Counted from the stretch's first letter, positions 1 to 15,200 are shown. The stretch: DNA of 64,000 nucleotides from Yuukianura sp. NJ FZ-2021 (GCA_046563655.1 CM102285.1:8680001-8744000), one strand, 5' to 3'. Translations and numbers: made by a program. The notes: generated by a model not told the origin, from the letters alone.

Positions 1-2554
1 CCCGGATGCCTAATTCAGTTTGAATAGAACTCGGAAATGACTTTATAAAGTCGAGGTCTCGTGGCAAGGAAGTGGCCGTTGCCAACCAAGGAGGTTTACT
101 TTTAACAAAAGTTTACAATGCCCTTTGAACCTACTCCAAACACTTCAAGGCTAAGTTCAACTATAAGTTGTCTCCCACTCTGCTTATGGGCGAACTGGGA
201 AATGGTTCCATTTAAATTGAGAGAAAAAGTTGTCGAGGTTCCATAAAATATTTGTGGTTGGTGGTGTTGCTTTTTCTGTCTTTGTAAAGAGGAAGATGTA
301 AAATTTGGTAAGGGTGCTCCTACTGCGTTCTTTAAAAGAAGGGGAAGTGACAATAAAGATGTAAATTGTTGGTAAGAAAGTGTGAAAATGTTCAGTAAAA
401 AGACATATGGAGCAAAGTACTTTGAAGAAGTAAGCCTTCACTGGAAGACCGGTTACTCCTCCATCATTAAAAACCCACAGGGATGAAATGTATATGACCT
501 TCCAAATGGAAACATTACTCACCTATAAACTTCTGTTCTTATTCTCATCTTTTTTCTAACAAAGAGCTAAAAAAGGAAGAAGAGAGTTGAATAGTAATGA
601 GATAGGCTGGAAAGCTCCGTGGACCATAATCGTGCCGCTGAAAACTTATTCTAACCTAAATAAATTCAAAGTGTGCTTTTCAAAAAAGACTTAAAAAAGT
701 GTAGAGAAAACTTTGAACTTTTTGCGGACTAAGCTCATGGTATGACCATAATTTTGGATCATGCAAAATGTGCTCACTTTTTTCTTTTGAGGAAAAAGTC
801 AAGGGAGAGATCAGGAGAAAGTGCGGGCGACTGTAAATAGAGTTTCTGGAAAGTAGCAAACGGGGTCTAATGCAATGTAAACTCCTTCGGCGTGGCTTTC
901 CAGCCTGTCACTTTCATGCATTCTGCAAATAGTCAGTTCAGTTCGTTGGCTTGATTCCTTTAAGGGCATCGAGAGCCCATACCCTAAGTTTTCCCGCCTT
1001 CTCTTCAAAATGAAATGGAGTGAAAAGGAACAGAGAAGAAAAAGCCTTTCAGATTCAAAAAAGTTCAGTTTTTGTAAGATTTTGAAAAAAGATCAATAGG
1101 GACGGATTAGCAAAAGGAGAAGGAGGTGGCTGCTGGTGAAAGCAGCGTGGGAGGGGAAATTGTAATGGTAGGAAATTAAAATACAAAGCGGCATGTAGCG
1201 AATAGGGCTTAAGGGCTTACACCTACCTCAGGACTTGAAACAACGGAGGCATATGGTAGTCCACCAGCAGAGAGAAAGTTCTGACCAGTGGAGAAAGTTA
1301 GGAACTTACATCCAAAGCAATTAGTTTGTACAGTATTAGGAACTGTAGGTATTGCTAAACCCTACTAGTACACTGATTTCCCACTAATCACAACTAAATG
1401 CGTTTCCACCAGGGAACGATTACTTCCACTTGTAATTGAATCCCCAAGTTCGTCACATCTAAAACGAGAGACCATACAGGATCAGATTCCATACAAAAAC
1501 AACGCTTACATTCATTCACAGCAGATTTTATTTAAAAAACTGTAAATGCTTTTCACAAATTTTTTGAAATTTTTCATTTTGAAATTTGTAAATTAAAAGA
1601 ACATTGTGAAGGAAGATCGCTGAGGATCATTTCCATTCGACTCTGGAAATTATGGCGACAGGATTCTAAAATGTGAAATCTAAACATCAACCTACCCTAA
1701 TAACTTTACCTAGCATGCTCAGAATTGTTTAGTTTGCGGATTATTTTTGAGACGTTGGGTAACATAACCTGAGTAGCTGTGTAAGTTAAAATATAGCACT
1801 GTTGAAAGCAAAAGTTACTTGAAAGCAATGATGTGGGTGAAAGTTATTTGCCTGAATGTGGGTTTTGTTGAAAGTGGAAATTGAGGAAATGGATAAAAGG
1901 GAAAAGAAGCCTGGAGACAGAAGACAAACTTTGACTTTGTAGAGAAAGTAGAGAACGAGAGCGTAAGAAGATTTATCAAAATCAGTACTTCCAGTCCTTG
2001 GACTTACAAATGGAACACAACTTTTGTTCAACTCAACCAAAGCCAACAATAGTTTTGCACGGAGAGTTCCCTTCAAGGCTTCCTTTGGCTAGATTTGGTA
2101 GGTGCTTTCCAGGATATTGGACCAGTATTTCAGCTTTCCTTCAACTTTTACTCCAAAGCCTTCCAATGCTTTCGGAAGCAGGTTTTCCAAGTTGCAAAGT
2201 TTTGACTTTCACAACGATATACCGTTTGCCAATATCATAGATGCCTTACTAATAACGGATTTGGAAAAAGTAGGTTCACGAGCTTTCACTTGTCCATATT
2301 CAGTATCGTTTAAGATGTTGCACACGTTATTCCTAAACTCAAATTCGGATTATGGTTTCAGTTTGCAGCCATGCGATACTTCAACTTTTAAAATCTGCGG
2401 GATTTATGGGAGTTGAAGTTTATTTTCATGCATCCAATCCTCTGATCTTGTGATTAGATAGGGAAAAAGTGACAAGAAACCTAGACATTTATTTGTATTG
2501 GTTTTAATAATTAATATAATTAATGAGTACTGACTTGAAACTATTTTGCTAAAG

Positions 2555-3561
2555 CTGGTGGTGCTGGAAATGAATCGACTAGGGATGCTGGTTGACCTGG
2601 CCCATGTGTCTGTGCCGACAATGAAGGATGCCTTGGCCGTATCCCGTTCGCCTGTGATCTTCTCTCACTCTGCTGCCTCTGCTCTCTGCAATCACTCTCG
2701 AAGTAAAACAGTAATTTCTATAATTCCTAATTAAAATATTGAAAATTTTTTAAAAAGTGCTTGGACTGACGCTTCAATGGGAAGCCTAGGGTTATGTTAA
2801 TTTTGAAGCAAATTTGAACTTTCTCTTTGTTGAAATTCCAGATGTACCTGACGACGTTCTTAAACTTGTCGTAAGCACAACTTTTGTTAACTTTACAAAG
2901 TTGCTGGAGCTTTTTGTTTCATTTGTGAACTTGTTTTAATTTTCTGAATTACTTTATCCTAGGCTGCTAATGGTGGACTTGTTATGGTCAGCTTCTACAA
3001 TGTGTTTATTGCCTGTAATGAAACGGCGTCTCTGCAGGATGTCGTCGGTAAGTTCCAGCATGCAGACTAGAAGTAGAAATTTTACATTCACCTTTCTCCT
3101 GGTCCGTGCGTGCCGGAAGTCCGAAGGTATGCTTTCGTGAGTGTTAATTAGTCTTTTCCATTTTGTTTCCATTAGCTCACATTAGTCATATCCGGGAGAT
3201 TGCTGGAGTTGATCATGTCGGGATTGGTGCTGGATTCGACGGAATTAACTTGTAAGCTTTCAAAGTGTCAAAAGCAGCAAAATTAAGTTAATGCTATGAA
3301 TGCTTCAAAAACCATGATGACAAATACGTTTTTAACCTAAAGCATATAACGTAGATAATAATATAATAACCTTGTCTAAATTCTGTTTTTGAAATGGAAA
3401 AATTTTCGAAATTTTTCATTAGTGTTCCAGATGGACTGGAAGATGTTTCGAAATATCCTAACCTGATCGAATCCCTTCTCGCTGATGACTCGTGGACGGA
3501 ACTAGATTTAAAAAAGCTCATCGGGATCAATTTTTTAAGAGTTTTTCGTCAGGTTGAAACG
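2555..3561 (+). CDS. Membrane (renal-type, M19) dipeptidase, internal/3' exons; partial, with the 5' exons not identified and the terminal exon uncertain
   Basis: Five GT-AG exons splice in frame: 2555-2702, 2842-2870, 2963-3047, 3176-3251, 3423-3561. They give [90 protein letters not shown], the hallmark DPEP1-family motifs. Confidence 0.92.
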
Positions 3562-6074
3562 GTAAGAAATTAATTAACAAAATTCAAAAATTGCGAAGCT
3601 GTTTTTTGAAATTTTGGAGATTAACTTATACCACCCTGAAAACACAATTTTCAAACTGAGGCGTTATACACTGCAACTCGTTGCAATTTAGAAGAAAATT
3701 TAGTCGGACTGGACGAAATGAACGGGATTTCCTTTATTCTTTTCAACTTTTTAACTCACTGCTACATTTTGAATCGTTTTCAGAATTCTGGAAATTATAG
3801 TTAGAATAAAAAGAACTGAGGGAAAGTGAAATCAACCGTAGTCAAGTGTGAGAGATTCCCATGGCACTTGCTTATGCCTTTTTCCACCCCGGGCTCACAC
3901 TTCCTAAACAAACGTCCTTTTCTATCTAAAGATCTCAAATCCCATTCTCCGTCTTTAGTCCATAGGAAGTGGTGCAGAAAAATGGTTTGGAATGTATTTG
4001 CGGAAAGGGCATCCAGTCACAACCAATGATTGATTGATGTAAAGGCAAAGAGACTTGCCAGAATGACTCTGATACTCAAAGGGGCCCTTGGAGTACAGCA
4101 ACAACCATCTTGGACGAATTCAATTCCATCTCTCTAAAGGCTGTGCGTAGTTAAGGGCCCTATCAAACATCAACGGGTGGTAAAAGTAGTGAAAGCATTA
4201 AAGCATTTACCAATTCCTCATTTCCCGCCGCCTCATGCCCCCTTCACCCATTTCCCCACGGAGCGAAATTTGAAATCAAATAAAGTGATTTGATCCATTA
4301 GGGAAAATTATATCAAGGAGTCCCCTTTTTCCCATTACAAAAACTTTCTTCACTCGCACTCCTCTTTGCTCCAGCAAAATATTCTGAGCCATCAAGGGAA
4401 CTCTCGCTTTTACTCTGAGGTTTTTTTCTCTTTCGTGCTCAAAATTGTAACAAATGTGACTCTTTACTTCCTTTCTCTCTATTGCAAGTGATTCTTGAAA
4501 AATTGATTTTGGAAGATGAAAATGAAAGTTTTGTTGAGGGAATGGAAAAGATTCGAGTGCTTTCTCTTTCGAAATTTGTTGAGAGAGAAGCTGTTGTAGC
4601 GTCTTGAAATCAAAACGGACCCAGACCAAAATTTTCTGCTTTTACTTCTGTTTCTGATTTTGAAAGTGAAAGGAAAAATGGAAGAACTTTTTTCTTTCGG
4701 GACTTGTGGAAAATTGAGTGGACTACTAATGTAGTAAAGAGAGTACTACCGCAATGCTAGACTAAAATCGGAACCTGTGAACAAGAGAAGAGAAAGAAAA
4801 TTCTGAAAGTGACCGACTCGCTTCAGAAACTTGCTCAAGCGGAAAGTCTAACAATCAAAGGGGAGAGTGAAGGGAACTTTCACCGCTTTCTTCTTCAATT
4901 CTAAGATTCCATTATGCCGAGGCCTGGCTACGACCTACAATTTGCTACTTCTATTATTTTTTCTACTCAAAGTTAGTGTAGCCTTCTAACATAGAATACA
5001 TAAGTCTGAGATTCCCCTTGTTTCTGAAATCATTTTGAAAACAACGCAAGTTTCTGAGCGTAAAGTTTTGGAGCGGGGAAAGCCTAGATGAAGAATAATT
5101 TGGCCAACACTTGTCACTACTGAACTTTTTTGTTATTTGTTTCTAGGTAAGAGATGATTGGAGAAAAGTTGGAGTTGGGCCTATAGAAGAATGGATTCCA
5201 AAGGATGATCTCCAGGGTCATCCGACTGCATGTACGTACTACGGATCCATGTGACAATGGAGAACGACGTCGGATTTGTAAAAGTTTGTCAGAGACTGTC
5301 ACACACTTCCTGGACAATGTCACGAGAGGCATTCATAGAAGTTAGTGTGGAACAACAAAGGAACTTTGTACTCGGGTGTCATCAAAGAATTCTTCATTCA
5401 CTCCTGGATAAAAACAGGAACTAAAGGGGTAGTCGCCTCAGCCTTTCAGAACCAAATGGCGGGATCGCTGACTAAAACTTTTCTTCAGCGCCACCAAGAG
5501 ACAAGCGAAGACAAAACTTCACTTTTTACTTTCACTTCTTTCTACTCCAAAAAATTCCATTATTTTTGCACTCTATCCACTTTTACCACAATTTTCAACA
5601 AAAGTGTAGAACACTTAAAAATAGCTCTTGCTCCAGGCTACCTAACAAGCGCTGCTGCTCCTCTCAGTAGCATTTTCTGTACCCGAATTTTAAGTCGAAT
5701 CGCTTCAAAAGCTTAACTTTGGAGAGTTCAAATAAGCATAATACCGAAGTGGTCTCTATACATTGAGGAAAGGCGAGAGAGATACTTCTGGACGTCTTCC
5801 AACAAATTATTCTACGATTCATTTAATCCCCTTTAGATACAGATGCAGCAGCACCAGAAAGTGTCTGCGGTTGGTACTGTATAACTTCGCGTTCCAAATT
5901 TTCCAAAAACCGCTAAACAGCCCCAACCTAGATTCGAAAGCATGACAGAGAAGCTCCCAAAAGTTCCTGGATTCCTGTTAGTTTTAGGATGAGCCCTTTA
6001 ATTGGACTAAGCCCTTAATTTGGTATGTTTAGCATGTAGAGGAGGAGTGAACATGAGAACGTGTTTAATTTCAG

Positions 6075-6260
6075 TTGTCCATTGACTTTTCCCACTTTCC
6101 CACCGCCACCATCAGTACAAGGGAACTGGGGGACCCACTGTGTCAAACTTATGTTTCCATTAAAAAGTTTTTGGACGCGGAAACTATTTCCAAAATTCCA
6201 AAGTTAGGTACAGTAGTGGATTCCAAGGCTTTGGGTGCGACACGAAATACGGGAGACTAA
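6075..6260 (+). CDS. Candidate terminal exon of the dipeptidase
   Basis: Good acceptor (tttaatttcag) in phase 0, matching the phase-0 donor at 3561. It encodes LSIDFSHFPTATISTRELGDPLCQTY, placing a Cys about 22 aa after VE as in the DPEP1 C-terminal 'QLGGSCRTHY' segment. Similarity is weak. Confidence 0.3.
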   Translation: MSIDFSHFPTATISTRELGDPLCQTYVSIKKFLDAETISKIPKLGTVVDSKALGATRNTGD

Positions 6261-9200
6261 CAGACCCCCAAAGTCCTCCCACCCCATAACTCACTTTCAC
6301 TTTCAGAATTCACAAGCAGCTTCCTTTCTCTTCCAAAAGTTAACACAACCAAGGGAACTATTACTTGGCCAAGGACTAGCTTAACAATGCTAACTACTGT
6401 TACACAATATTCGTTGATGATTACACTTATACGTTAAATTACAACGCGCAATAACTTAAAATGATAACAATGCAACAATTTATCATCCCTGTTTACAGCA
6501 AAAGTGAAAAGCTCATTTTCTTAATGACTAAACTAATAATTTATGTCACGCGTGAAATTATAATTAAAAAGGAAAAGACTTACACTTTGTAATGTTTGAG
6601 CAAATTGAGATTAATAAAAACAGAAGAAAATAATTCACGCTTTATTAAAAATTGCAATAACATTTCACAATTGTTGTTTTTTTTTTATTTTGAAAAATGA
6701 AAATTGTTTGGTTTTTGAGAAGAATCTGCGTCTTCTGAGAATCTTTCGGCTTACGCTCATCGTGTTTTGTGTTCTGGGATTTGAAAATTTGGTTGCCAAA
6801 AACGGTGATTTATGGAAATGTCATTTGGAGGTTTTGAAAATCGAGTTTTTCATGGAAATTCAATTCATTTGAAGGAAACTTAATTTCAACAACTACAGGG
6901 ACATGCCTAGCTAGTGTGCTTGTGGCTCTCTGTCGTCCAAATAGGATTTGCTCAAATTACTTTTGTTACCTGTCTGTCACTCATCCAGAATTATGAAGTG
7001 CCAAAACTAAAATTGTGGTGTCGCTTCCTAAAATCGACACTAACTCACAGCTAACTCCACTTGAAAGATCTTCTGTGACTCTCTACGACCTAGATACCTC
7101 TACAAAATCATGCAAAGAATTTTCGTAGAAGATATTGACAAAAATGGCTAATAGTCAGTGAGCTACCTCCTACCACGTTGTAATATGGTTGGTTTTTAGC
7201 TGGGAGATGTGTGGTTGTTGTGGAGTGGATCTATATGGATCCACTTTCAATACGGGGTACAGACGAACAGAAAAGGTTGCAAACTCATCGTCAGTTGAAG
7301 AAGATCCAAGGATTTTTCCAAATTCGAGTTGCCTCGGCCAAAGCGAACCTTTGCAACTCGTCTACTTCCCTGCTACTGAACTAACCATTTTGCCACTAAA
7401 CGCGAGTCTGGTAAATGTACGCCACGGTGGATTTCATCACAAACATGTTTGGTGTGGTTGAGAACAATTTGGCTTAAGAAAGCGAAAGCGAGTATTGAAC
7501 TTTTGTTTAATTCGCAATGCTCCAAACATGAGTTTTGTCTTTCAATTCATTCCTGTCTTCATGTTACAATTCATTTTCGCCAATCAAGTGCCAATTGTGA
7601 ATAGAAATGTGACGTGTAAACTCTGCGAGTAAACTAAAAGAGTGGGTAATTCAAGCATAGCTAGAAACAAAAAATATTCTGTACAGCGTATAAGCATGCG
7701 TGATTTTGGCGGGTTTGCAGCAAAAGTCGACAAGAATCACACCAAAGATACCGAGTTGTGGGCAGCTCCTGAGAATTGAAATTTGGGTTTACGTAGTTTT
7801 CATAGAGGTGCGTTAAATCTGTTTAATTTATGTGTCAAGAGGTCAAGTTGGTTTTTGCAAAATTGCTGACTTTGTAATTCGAATCTACGCATTATATGAT
7901 CAAAACAACGCAATGTAATTTGTTCCTCTCGGAACTAAAAGATTTGACCTTTGACATTCTTTACCTTCTGTTTCCTCATAACTTAAGTAACCAACGAGAA
8001 ACAAGCTACATCACTGAAAAATTGTGTAATGTTGGCAAATGCCAGAAATATAGTCGCTTAGAAAGTACTGCCCGTTTCAAATGTTTTGGAAAATGAAACA
8101 TAAGTTAGGCAATTTTTTGTGGAGCTACGAATAAGAATGGAGCCATTGAATTCAAAATTACTTTGAAATGTTCAAACGCAGTATAGTACGTTCACTGCTT
8201 TCACATAAATAGTATGTACAACATTACGCTTCCGAAATTGACTATTCTTGAAATCCCAAATTAATACTGCAAAAATTAGTTTGTTACAATGTACAACTGA
8301 CATCAACGCTGTGGAGTCTAAACCAACCGAATTGTTTTTGTTAACTCTAATTACAAATGGCCTTTCAGCCCTATAATTTTTTTATTGGAAAAGTGTCGAG
8401 GTGTTTGGTGCTTTTGTGAGACGAACTGGCGAAAGTTTAGAGGAGCAGATTTTTGAGCCGGTACAAGCAGCGCTAGAGCAGCGAACAACCTCAACTGAGG
8501 TGCAAGCTATGCGGTGATCATACGAACACAAATCCTTCTACTTCTGAAAGTGCAATTTCCTCCCTCTGCTTTTCAGTTTTAGCGTCCTTTTTCTTACTGA
8601 AGTGAAACAAAATTCTACCATCGCCTTTTCTGTTCGCACAAGTCCCGAGTACAAAGTGGCAAGCATTTCCACCACCACCAACCACCATCGCATTGGGCCA
8701 ACGCTGGGCCAGCACTGGGCCAACTTCCACTCCTCGAGTCCCATCATCACCACAGCCACCACCTCGTTCAAACAACCAACTCCGTCCGAAACAGCCATCC
8801 AGCCCATTTGAACAGAGCTTTCTCCACTCATACTTTGGTCTGGTAGTTCCCTACACAAGCTCAAACGGATTTTAAAACTAGCTCTACTGAAAATTAAAAG
8901 CACAAATGTTAAATTGAAGCAGCCAGAAGGAAAATGTTGCGACATGTGATTTTTTTCACTCTGGCTTATTATGCGGTTTTAGCATAGGCCTAACCTAAAC
9001 TTTGTTTTTGACACACTGAACTTTGTCTCTGTGCCTCCACGAGCCAATTGCCAACTTTCATTTGAACAATTTCCACGAGCGCAATCAGTTTGAAACGATA
9101 TTTGGGCGCAGAATTAGTTTCCAGAATGACAGGGGTTGAGACTGAACAGAAAGGTTATGCTTTTGGAGTGCCTAAGCGAGGGAAGACAATGGAAGCCAAA

Positions 9201-12200
9201 GTGGCTGTAAGTTGTGGGATGACGGGATGAGCACAAGAGCTCTCAAATATTCACACCACTTTACCACATCTTCGTAAAACCACAATGGGAGAACGAGGGA
9301 TATGGGATGGAATGAAGTTTAAGCTAAGTTTGGCATTTGCAGAAGCTCAAGACTCATTTCCGTCTGTACAACATCCAGTCAGTGATGTGCTCAGTTAAGT
9401 TATAGGTTAGTTGCGCTAAACTTCTCTTTTTCATTTTTATATTAACTAACATGCTCTACAAAACGGCATCAGGACACGGGGGATAGAAAAGTACGAAAAA
9501 CTAGAACACCCTTTGTCCCCATACTGTAAACACTACATAATAGCTATTGAATGCCTATTAACTTTTGACTATTTTAAACTTACTTTGGAAACTGAAATTT
9601 TGTATTCAGAAATTCAAATTTTAGAACAGAAATGGCTGTAATTGACCCCGATCCAAACTCACAACAATGCGTGGCTGAATTCCAAATTTTGTGCAACTTT
9701 TTTCAAAAACTTTATCTTTTTATGTAAATATTGAACTTTACATGATTAAACAATACAAACAAAACATGATCAACTACAAGTTTACAACAAACTGCGGCTT
9801 AAAAAACTTTTTTTTTCAAGTTTCGAAAAGAAAAAAGTTAGGAGAATGATGTTTGAAACAAGGGAAATTGCAGTTTCAGCAGAAAATTTCAAGCGTCTTA
9901 ACTTTCTCCTAGGACAAATGAAAGTGCAGTGTCTCCCTGAACTTTTCCTTTTTTTCTAAACCTAATCTGCTCCAAAACCTAAGTTTTTAATTTATTTATT
10001 TCATTACTGGATAACAATTTAGAATAGTTTTCGGTTTCTTTGTTTTCTGAAAACTCTTTTCACTAAAAAGTGTTGTGCTGGATGCTGGATCCTTTGCTTT
10101 GTTATTCCCTCGAGACTGTTTTCTTAGCAGAGTCCCCAGAAACCAATTAAAATCCGGACGGCCAAAGCAAAGAGGCTTCCGAAAACTTCCAGGAAATCCT
10201 AATTGCCTTCATAACTTGTTTTCTCCGCCAGAGAGAGTCTTCTTGCTTTTCCAAAATCTCTAATTTCAAAATTTAAAAACTTTTGAGTGAACAAGGGAAA
10301 TGAAATTAAAAGCAACTAAAAATAGATATCCCGACTCTCCGTTATGTCAAGGGCACTAAAGGGTCCGGTGTCCTTGTGATCTCTAGCCATAGACTAAACA
10401 ACTTGTTTAGCGCAGTCGAAGGACAAAGTAATTTAGGAAAAGAAGTTACGCAAATGAAGTAAAAGTAGCATTAAACTAGTCGGGAAAGGAGGTATCCGAT
10501 CGATGTCTGTGCTTTAGGTGCAGTACATGGTATGTCAGCCCATCAATTCCTGTTCATAACAAACGGGAAGGTGATTTTAAGACAGGAAGAGCCTTGCTGA
10601 AGGAGATTTTAATTAAAACAGGGATTCCGGAATTGGGTTTAAGGATCCCAGGCACTTGGAAACCTCGTAGGAAATGGTTATAAGCCTCCTCGTTCTGTTC
10701 CACTTTCACTTTTGACAGGAAACCCAAAATTCCTACCTTGACTATCCAAATTTTAAGCTCCACTTTCTCGAATTCTGTTTTTGGTTAAGTCTTAAGTAAG
10801 AAGTTATACTGGAGCAGTATGCAGAGGGATTGTGTTGGATGTTGTCAGAGGGATTTTGTTCACTTTCACTTTAAGTGAAAGTGGAAGCAATAGTCATAAT
10901 TGGCCAAGTACCACATTTACTTTGATTGGCCCTTTATTACTCACTTTGCATACAGAGGAGAGTACTTCAGGGAATCGGAGACCCGTGGACCTTACTTTTA
11001 CTTCTTGCCAAAATACTTTCTCCTGTTGAAATACGCTGAGTGGCAAAGCAATAAGGCGACGACACAGAAACATTTGGACAACTTGTCTGTCAATGTCTTG
11101 GGGAAATACAGTCACTGTTATGTTTCAGAGTAGAAAGTGGAAAATAGGAATCCAATTTAAGAAAATTGTGAGGCAGGGGAAATGTCAGTTGGTGGCATTT
11201 TGTTATTTGGGGTGATTGGAATCAAGGTAAAGCTTCTTTACGTAGCGACATTTCGGATGTCGATGCACAAAAAAAACTTTTGACGATTTACTTTCTCTTT
11301 TCAATTCCTGCATAGTTGTTGAATAGGTTCAAAAATGGAACATTTTCAATAAAAGAAATGTGGAATGTTTCACCGAGAAATGAATGGTTTTTGGTCTAAG
11401 AGGATTTCAATTTTCATTTCAAAAATGAATTTTATTGATTTGTTCCTTTGCAAATACGGTACGAGAATTGCAGTTAGCCAGTAGTAATACATTTTGGAAA
11501 TTTTGCTTTTCAAAATGCCAATTTCGTCGAAGTATCTGATGACTAAAGTCCAGTTTTGGCCATAGACATTTGTAATTGGAATTCTACCGACGTTTAACTG
11601 CTACTCCATAGAGTATGTTGTGTACATACCCACTTTGATTCCGCTTTCCTTCAATTTTCTCCCTCAGCTTAGACGTGCAATCTATCAGACTTTACTACGC
11701 ACAATTCTACTAGCGTTTGGTGCAGAAGTAGGCAAACTGTCTCATTAGTCATGAAAATGATAAACGAGTCCAATTTTCATGCAGAAACAGCAGGAATCTC
11801 CCGTAATTGTTTATTTAGGACTCAGCAAAAAACTTTGTAGTAACTTGTATACTAAGCACTTGCTTTCACTAATTCACTCTATTTTTCACACTTCCGAGTT
11901 GATTAATGTTATTTGACCAGCTGGAATTCAACTCACTTCATTAACGCTTCCTAAAAACGGAAGATGCCGAAAAATCATTCAAATGATGTCAGAACTTTCA
12001 AAAAGAAAAGAGAAAGCAGATATTTTCAGAGTTCAATTTTACCCCCCAAAAAAAATGTACTTTTTCTTTCGGTAAGACTTTAGAAGACTTCAGAGGGAGT
12101 GCAAGTGAATGAAGTGGAATTGGGAAGAGCTTGTCTGAAAAAGTTGTGAAAATAAATCATGCGTCTCCTCAGAGAAAGCCCTGGAGGGAGGTGTGAGGAT

Positions 12201-15200
12201 TAAAGTCACACGTTCATTCTATATTAAGAGTAAGGCGGGGGAGAAAGTCAGGTTATGTGTAAGGTGGAGAAAAGGTTCTGTGAAATTATGATCTAATCTA
12301 TTGTAATCAGGAAGAAAGTGAGTGGAAGATTCGTCTCCTTCATCCCTCCACTTTCCAAGGTGTGATAATCCTACAGATCAAAATGAGTCACTTGGAGACT
12401 TGAGACACTTCTGGCGGTGGACTTCCAGAGACAAGAGACTTCCCATCTCATTCGTTTCATTAAGCCCCACGAGGCCCTTCAGACCTATCACTTTTCCCAC
12501 CACTTCCCACCGACCTGGATCTAATCGACCAGGGCAGCTTCTTAAATGCCTTTGACACAACCTCCAGCTTCTGACGCTGTAAGAACAGAAATCTTGTCTT
12601 GAAGGCACGTCTTTTCTTTGCTCGGTGTCTTTGAAAAGACATTAGCCAATTGAAGACATCAAAGGTTGACAGGTCAATGGCTTGACTTTGATCTTGTTAG
12701 AAACCAAATCCTGTCCGTTTCCAGTAAATACCCGGGTATTTCAGCTGGACAGTGTCCACTCTATCAAGTCAAGCTAAAAGAGCCAAAAACCTTGTTTTTC
12801 CACCTTCCACGCGTCGTAGCTTTGGGCTACACCTGGATTTTGAATTTTCTAAAATGTTTGCAGAATTTGGAGCCGAATTTAGTACCTGAATTAGAGATGG
12901 GGGATGTTTTGCACTTATCTTTGCGTAAAGTATTGCGGAGACCCTGTGGGCTCTGAATTAAGTAGACCAAGGTAAATGAATGTTAGTGGGATTCCGGGAC
13001 ACAGATTCATTCCAAATGCAAAATGGGTGAAAGTTGGTTGATGACGAAAAGTAATGCTATTAGAGACAAAGGGAGTAAGATTCAGGACAAAATAGAGCCA
13101 CCACCACTTAGGCAAGATCTTGGCTCAAAGACAAGACGATTCCTTGGTCACAATGGAGTCCCTTTCCCAGCATTTTATCCTTCAGCACTGACTATAATTA
13201 ACCACTTCACATCTTCCCACGGACTGGCTAGGCTAACTGTAGCCTAACCAGTTCAGATCTTGAGCATTCGTCTGTCGATGTCACCACGGGAAGGCTTAGA
13301 ACCAAGTCCAGCGACCTCCAGTAGGTGACCTCGCACTGAATAAAATACCGGGGAAGCTCCATGTGATGGACGTAACAAATAAGCGGTGAAGACAGGCGAT
13401 TGTCTACCAGAAATGCATGTTGGAAGAAAGCAGGTGAAAAGATTCCCAAGGCCTTCAACCCTCTCTTTTTCTTGAAAAAAATTCACAAAAAATCAAAAAG
13501 AGGTGCACTTCTAGCACACTTTAAGGTTAACAATAAGCGGATCCAGGAGGATTTCATCAACAAATTCTCTTTTCTGCTAAAGCTTAGCGTCCAGAACTTG
13601 TAATCCTCACGGTAGTATAGCACTTTCGTCCATTGAAAAACACTGGACCACAACGGACTCTCCTTTTACGGGGTTTCGTAATCCTGAAAGCCTAAATATT
13701 GACTTTTAACGTGCGGTTTGGCAACACTTTTTCCAAGTCTTTCCAGAACCAAAAATACCCTCGGAGCATCTCCTTTATCCATCCCCGCATAGTATCCTTT
13801 CTCCTGGGAAAGATCTAACCCCGGGTCGTAATTCGATTAATTGATCTTCCCTCCTCCGCTCAAAAGCTTTCCCTCCGCCTCTCTCCATAGCTCTGTAATT
13901 CAGTACCACCAGAATTAAGTTTGAAAGCGGATTTTTAATTAATTCCTCTCATCTTCCACTACACTCTGTGTCTCTGTGTATCCAATTTCCTAATTTGGAG
14001 TCCTTGTGAGTAGGAAACTAAAAGTCTAAAATGCTCCGAGGAGAACAACTGCAACCCGCATCCAGGGAAAGAGTTGGAACGGATCCGACTGGAGATTGGA
14101 TCTGGATTTTCAACGTCTATTTACTTTCTTTGTTTCAAGTCCAAACTTTCCCAGCCTTTTTCTTCCTTTTCCTGATTGAGAAAAAGTGTTAATGAAGAAG
14201 AGTGAAGGATCAAAGGAAAAAGTTGGTGGGGAAAGGCAGATTCTCATTAAGTGAAAAGAATTGAGGTGCAGAGCGAGACACGCACCGAAAGGAATTGATA
14301 GTTTTCGGAGTTTATTTCCAAATCCACATGCGATTTTATTAATAGCTCTTTAGTATTGCTAGATTAAAAAAAAATACAATTCAAGCAAAACACAAAACTT
14401 GTCGTGCAAACTCACGGACAAACAAGCAAAAAGTTACTTTCCAGTCACGTTATGTAGAGAAATGATTTTAGCCGTAACAAGGGAATTTTTGAAAACGTGT
14501 TTTAAAAAATTGAAAATTGGCTGTTTGCTGAACAAAACTGGACTTCACAAGTTCATTGATTAGCCAAATTTGTGTGAAACACAATTCCACTTATTCCGTG
14601 CTTTTTATGAAGTCAAAAATGAAAAACGTCCAATGGGGAGCTGCAGAGAAACAAATGGTGGCTTCCCATGGCTTTGTCGCTTTCTCGGGTGCTTTCTCCT
14701 GACTGAATAAATTACACCATTTCTTATTTTCCTTTGTCTTGCACTACAAGGAGAGAAGGAGATTGAATAATATGGCATTTGGACTGCTCATATTATGATG
14801 AAAATAAAAAAGAAAGCAGATACAATCATTCTTTTGGAGCGAGACAAGAGCACGAACTGGAGGCCATGAAAGCGAAGGCAGCAAAGTAAAAATAAAATAT
14901 TGAAGGGAAGAAGACATCAAACCCAGTTTGAACTTGCCATATTTTTTGGATGAGCAGGAAGCGTGCTGTGGAAACTGAAACCTTCTGCCTCCCTGCTTTC
15001 ACTTTACACTCCCAATACTTTCTATTCTCCCTTTTCAATAACTTTTATAATCCAACTTTCAACAAATTCATCACCACTTCTCCGGAACCTTAAGGAATAA
15101 AGAGCAATATTTGACTTCTGGATCTGGCATGGAGTCAGGGTTGAAAAAACACGCTTTGCTTCTTTTCCAGATTCTGGAGACGTCTGAGTCATGACAAAGA

